Shown: piece by piece, positions 27,286 through 29,935 of the stretch
Position numbering within the stretch: position 1 is the first letter of the stretch
How the letters are laid out: each line of letters opens with the position of its first letter
From: Promethearchaeota archaeon
GTDB taxonomy: Archaea > Asgardarchaeota > Lokiarchaeia > Sigyniarchaeales > SOKP01
Reading direction: 5' to 3'
Length of the DNA stretch: 29,935 bases
Assembly (NCBI GenBank): GCA_048941265.1
Contig: JBHLNT010000038.1
Span: forward strand, 1-29,935
Program-made: the position numbers and the translations under genes
Notes under the pieces: generated by a model
The model's input: the letters and a program-made list of their open reading frames with translations, nothing else
The model's database searches: none
What the model was told of the DNA's origin: nothing

Positions 27286-28098
27286 ATGAAACCCCTCTGG
27301 TATGTTAATATTTTAAAAAAAACTTTTCCCAATGTTAAATTTATTGCAAAACTGACGAATTTTCCTGTATTGGGTAAAATTTTTGATAAATTATTGTTCG
27401 ATGGGGATGATATAATCTATTTACTTCAAGATAAAGTTATTAAAGTCGATAAAAACTTAGGTGAGTATGAAGAATATATCCTACCATCTCAAGTTTTAGA
27501 GTATTTTATAAAAAAAGCGAAGTATCATTGGATCATGAATTTCTGTATATGTAGGGAGTCTATGCAATGCGAGGATTATCCAATAAATTTAGGGTGCTTG
27601 TTTTTAGGAGAAGCTATATTAGGAATAAATCCTCAGTTAGGACGTCAAGTGACAAAGAAAGAGGCACTCGAACATATTAAAAAATGTCAAGAGGCTGGTC
27701 TTGTACACATGATTGGACGCAATTTATTAGATAAACAATGGTTGGGTGTTAAGCCGGGTTATAAACTTCTTTCAATTTGTAATTGTTGTCCATGTTGTTG
27801 TCTTTGGCGTGTGTCCTCAATATTAACACCAAAAATTGGGTCAAAAATTAAAAAAATGCCTGGAATTGAGATTCGAGTTACAGATAGTTGTGTGGGATGT
27901 GGAACTTGTACTAAAGGAATTTGTTTTGTTGACGCAATTCATATCCTTAATGATCGAGCGTTTATAAATGAAAGTTGTCGGGGTTGTGGTCGTTGCATAG
28001 ATATATGCCCACAAAATGCGATCGAGCTTTTAATAAATGATAAAGAATATATAAAAAAATCAATAGAAAGAATTGAAAAAATCATCGACGTTACTTAA
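27286..28098 (+). CDS. 4Fe-4S ferredoxin-domain protein with Cys-rich motif
   Basis: CICR....C, C, ICNCCPCCC, then CVGCGTC....C and CRGCGRCIDICP. Confidence 0.88.
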   Translation: MKPLWYVNILKKTFPNVKFIAKLTNFPVLGKIFDKLLFDGDDIIYLLQDKVIKVDKNLGEYEEYILPSQVLEYFIKKAKYHWIMNFCICRESMQCEDYPINLGCLFLGEAILGINPQLGRQVTKKEALEHIKKCQEAGLVHMIGRNLLDKQWLGVKPGYKLLSICNCCPCCCLWRVSSILTPKIGSKIKKMPGIEIRVTDSCVGCGTCTKGICFVDAIHILNDRAFINESCRGCGRCIDICPQNAIELLINDKEYIKKSIERIEKIIDVT

Positions 28099-28127
28099 AT
28101 CTGGGCATAAAATCAAAATGTCAAATT

Positions 28128-29246
28128 ATGAAGATCAAAGAATTCAAATTAGAGGAATATTTCGGAAAATATGAGTTCAAGGCATCATACTTGTTATGTG
28201 CTTCTGACTGCGAAACCTTTAGCATAAAAGAATTGCTAACTCTAGAACCGGAATCAGAGAATAAATTAAAAAATCTACGATTAGATTATACAGAATCACA
28301 GGGAAATGCAGAATTAAGGGGGGAGATTTCTAATTTATATGTTAATATGAAGCCTGAAAATATTATAATTTTTTCAGGAGCAGAAGAAGGTATCTTTATA
28401 TTTATGAATGTATATCTCAACAAAGGAGATCATATCATAGTCCAATTTCCAGCTTATCAATCACTTTTCGAAGTAGCAAACTCTATTGGTTGTGAGGTGA
28501 CAAAATGGATAATGAGCGAATCCGATAATTGGGAACTTGATCTAAATTTTTTACATGATAATATCAAAAATAGTACGAAAGCAATTGTTATTAATTGCCC
28601 ACATAATCCAACTGGTTATTTGATGTCTAAAGAAAAATTTAATGCTATTATTGAAATAGCAAGAAGGAACAATATTACAATATTTTCAGATGAAGTGTAT
28701 AGGTTTTTAGAATATAGTGAAGATGAGAGACTTCCTAATATGTGTGATTGTTATGATAAAGGAATATCCCTTGGAGTCATGTCAAAAGCATTTGGACTTG
28801 CAGGATTAAGAATTGGATGGATTGCAGTTAAAGACAAAATATTGTTTAAAAAATTATTATCTTTTAAGAATTATACTACAATTTGTAATAGTGCTCTAAG
28901 TGAATTTTTCTCAAATTTAGCACTAAGAAATAAATATGTAATATTAGAAAGGAACCTTAAACTTATAAAGAATAACATTCAACTATTAGAAGCCTTTTTC
29001 AATAAAAATAAACAATTTTTCGATTGGATTAAGCCAAAGGCAGGTTGTATAGCATTTCCAAGAATCAAATTTGAAAAAAAAGTTGAAGAGTTTTGCCGGG
29101 ATTTATTTGATAGTACAGGTGTTTTGTTATTACCCAGTACTACATACGATTATGATGATAAACACTTTAGAATCGGATTTGGAAGAAAAACAATGCCCCA
29201 AGGATTAAATATTTTAGAAGAATATCTTCAGGATCTATTCGATTAA
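28128..29246 (+). CDS. PLP-dependent aminotransferase class I/II
   Basis: PHNPTG, SDEVY, MSKAFGLAGLRIGW, FRIGFG. Confidence 0.95.
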   Translation: MKIKEFKLEEYFGKYEFKASYLLCASDCETFSIKELLTLEPESENKLKNLRLDYTESQGNAELRGEISNLYVNMKPENIIIFSGAEEGIFIFMNVYLNKGDHIIVQFPAYQSLFEVANSIGCEVTKWIMSESDNWELDLNFLHDNIKNSTKAIVINCPHNPTGYLMSKEKFNAIIEIARRNNITIFSDEVYRFLEYSEDERLPNMCDCYDKGISLGVMSKAFGLAGLRIGWIAVKDKILFKKLLSFKNYTTICNSALSEFFSNLALRNKYVILERNLKLIKNNIQLLEAFFNKNKQFFDWIKPKAGCIAFPRIKFEKKVEEFCRDLFDSTGVLLLPSTTYDYDDKHFRIGFGRKTMPQGLNILEEYLQDLFD

Positions 29247-29282
29247 TATCATTTATCTAACATTTTAAACTTAGCTTGATAT

Positions 29283-29935
29283 TTACCTATCTTCCCAGAA
29301 TTTATTATCGATCTTTAAATTTAATATTCTCGTTCGATTTTTCATGGCTGAAACTGCTTGAACCGCTTCTTTTATGCTATGGAATACAGGAATATTAGCA
29401 AGTTCTAAAGCTTCTATTATTAATCCATATTTTTGAATATATGGAATGAAACACACCACTGGTTTTTTATAATTGGTTATTACGTTAGAAATTCTTCTGC
29501 CTATTTGGAAAGAAATAGAAGGTGCATAAGGTAAAATTAATAAAATTACGCATTCTATTCTTTCTATTTGAGAGAGATATTCTAGAACACGTTCAATATC
29601 TTCATCTTGGACAGAACCTGTCAGATCAATTGGATTATTGAAAGAGGCAATTTCACGAGCTACTGGATTGGTCAATTCTTTCATTTCATGTTGTTCTTTT
29701 TCGGTGAATTGTACTGGAGAAAGACCATATCTTTTAAGCATATCGGCACATATTACTCCATGGCCACCAGATATTGACAATATTGCAACCCTACCATAAA
29801 CGACCTCTTTGTCCCCAAATGGTTTTTTTTTATGCGATAAAATATCAAATAATTTTAAAAATGTTAATAATTCATTTTCTGACCGTGGTTGAATAACTAA
29901 ATGTTGTTTTAGGGCAGCAGAAAGAATTCTTGCAT
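29283..29935 (-). CDS. NDP-forming acyl-CoA synthetase alpha-subunit-like protein, C-terminal part (5' end outside window)
   Basis: Frame stays open to the window end (ARILSAALKQH...RVAILSISGGHGVICAD); NNPIDLTG motif. Confidence 0.85.
   Translation of the reverse strand, partial: ARILSAALKQHLVIQPRSENELLTFLKLFDILSHKKKPFGDKEVVYGRVAILSISGGHGVICADMLKRYGLSPVQFTEKEQHEMKELTNPVAREIASFNNPIDLTGSVQDEDIERVLEYLSQIERIECVILLILPYAPSISFQIGRRISNVITNYKKPVVCFIPYIQKYGLIIEALELANIPVFHSIKEAVQAVSAMKNRTRILNLKIDNKFWEDR

Noticed and set aside
1-29935. tRNA (including tRNA-Sec), rRNA, CRISPR array or IS element
   Set aside because: No GC-rich structured intergenic segment, regular repeat-spacer pattern or transposase was seen by eye; covariance searches were not run.

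Overview
Very AT-rich archaeal chromosomal window, most likely an Asgard archaeon (Lokiarchaeia-like). This is inferred from the co-occurrence of archaeal ribosomal proteins, a histone, TrmB, CofC, a Rab-like GTPase and SCP2 proteins. The main finding is a selenoprotein operon hidden by the ORF track. The ORFs 11304-11834 and 9915-11288 are one 665-aa HdrA (11912->9915) with two in-frame UGA codons, each at a conserved Cys position. The next gene, mvhD (9897->9466), has a third such UGA, and an F420-binding FrhB-type gene follows. Directly after the mvhD stop lies one eukaryote-like SECIS candidate with kink-turn geometry (AUGA, A-rich loop, atypical UA instead of GA on the 3' side), which may serve all three UGAs. 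Other notable items are a histone with a Lys/Ala/Pro-repeat N-terminal tail, a Rab-like GTPase with an interswitch insertion, and a disordered Pro-repeat protein ending in an ESCRT-I steadiness-box-like hairpin. The window also has an S13-S4-S11 cluster lacking the usual rpoD and a pyrrolysine-free MttB. No rRNA, tRNA, CRISPR array or mobile element was recognised. Family assignments come from motif recognition only; no searches were run.
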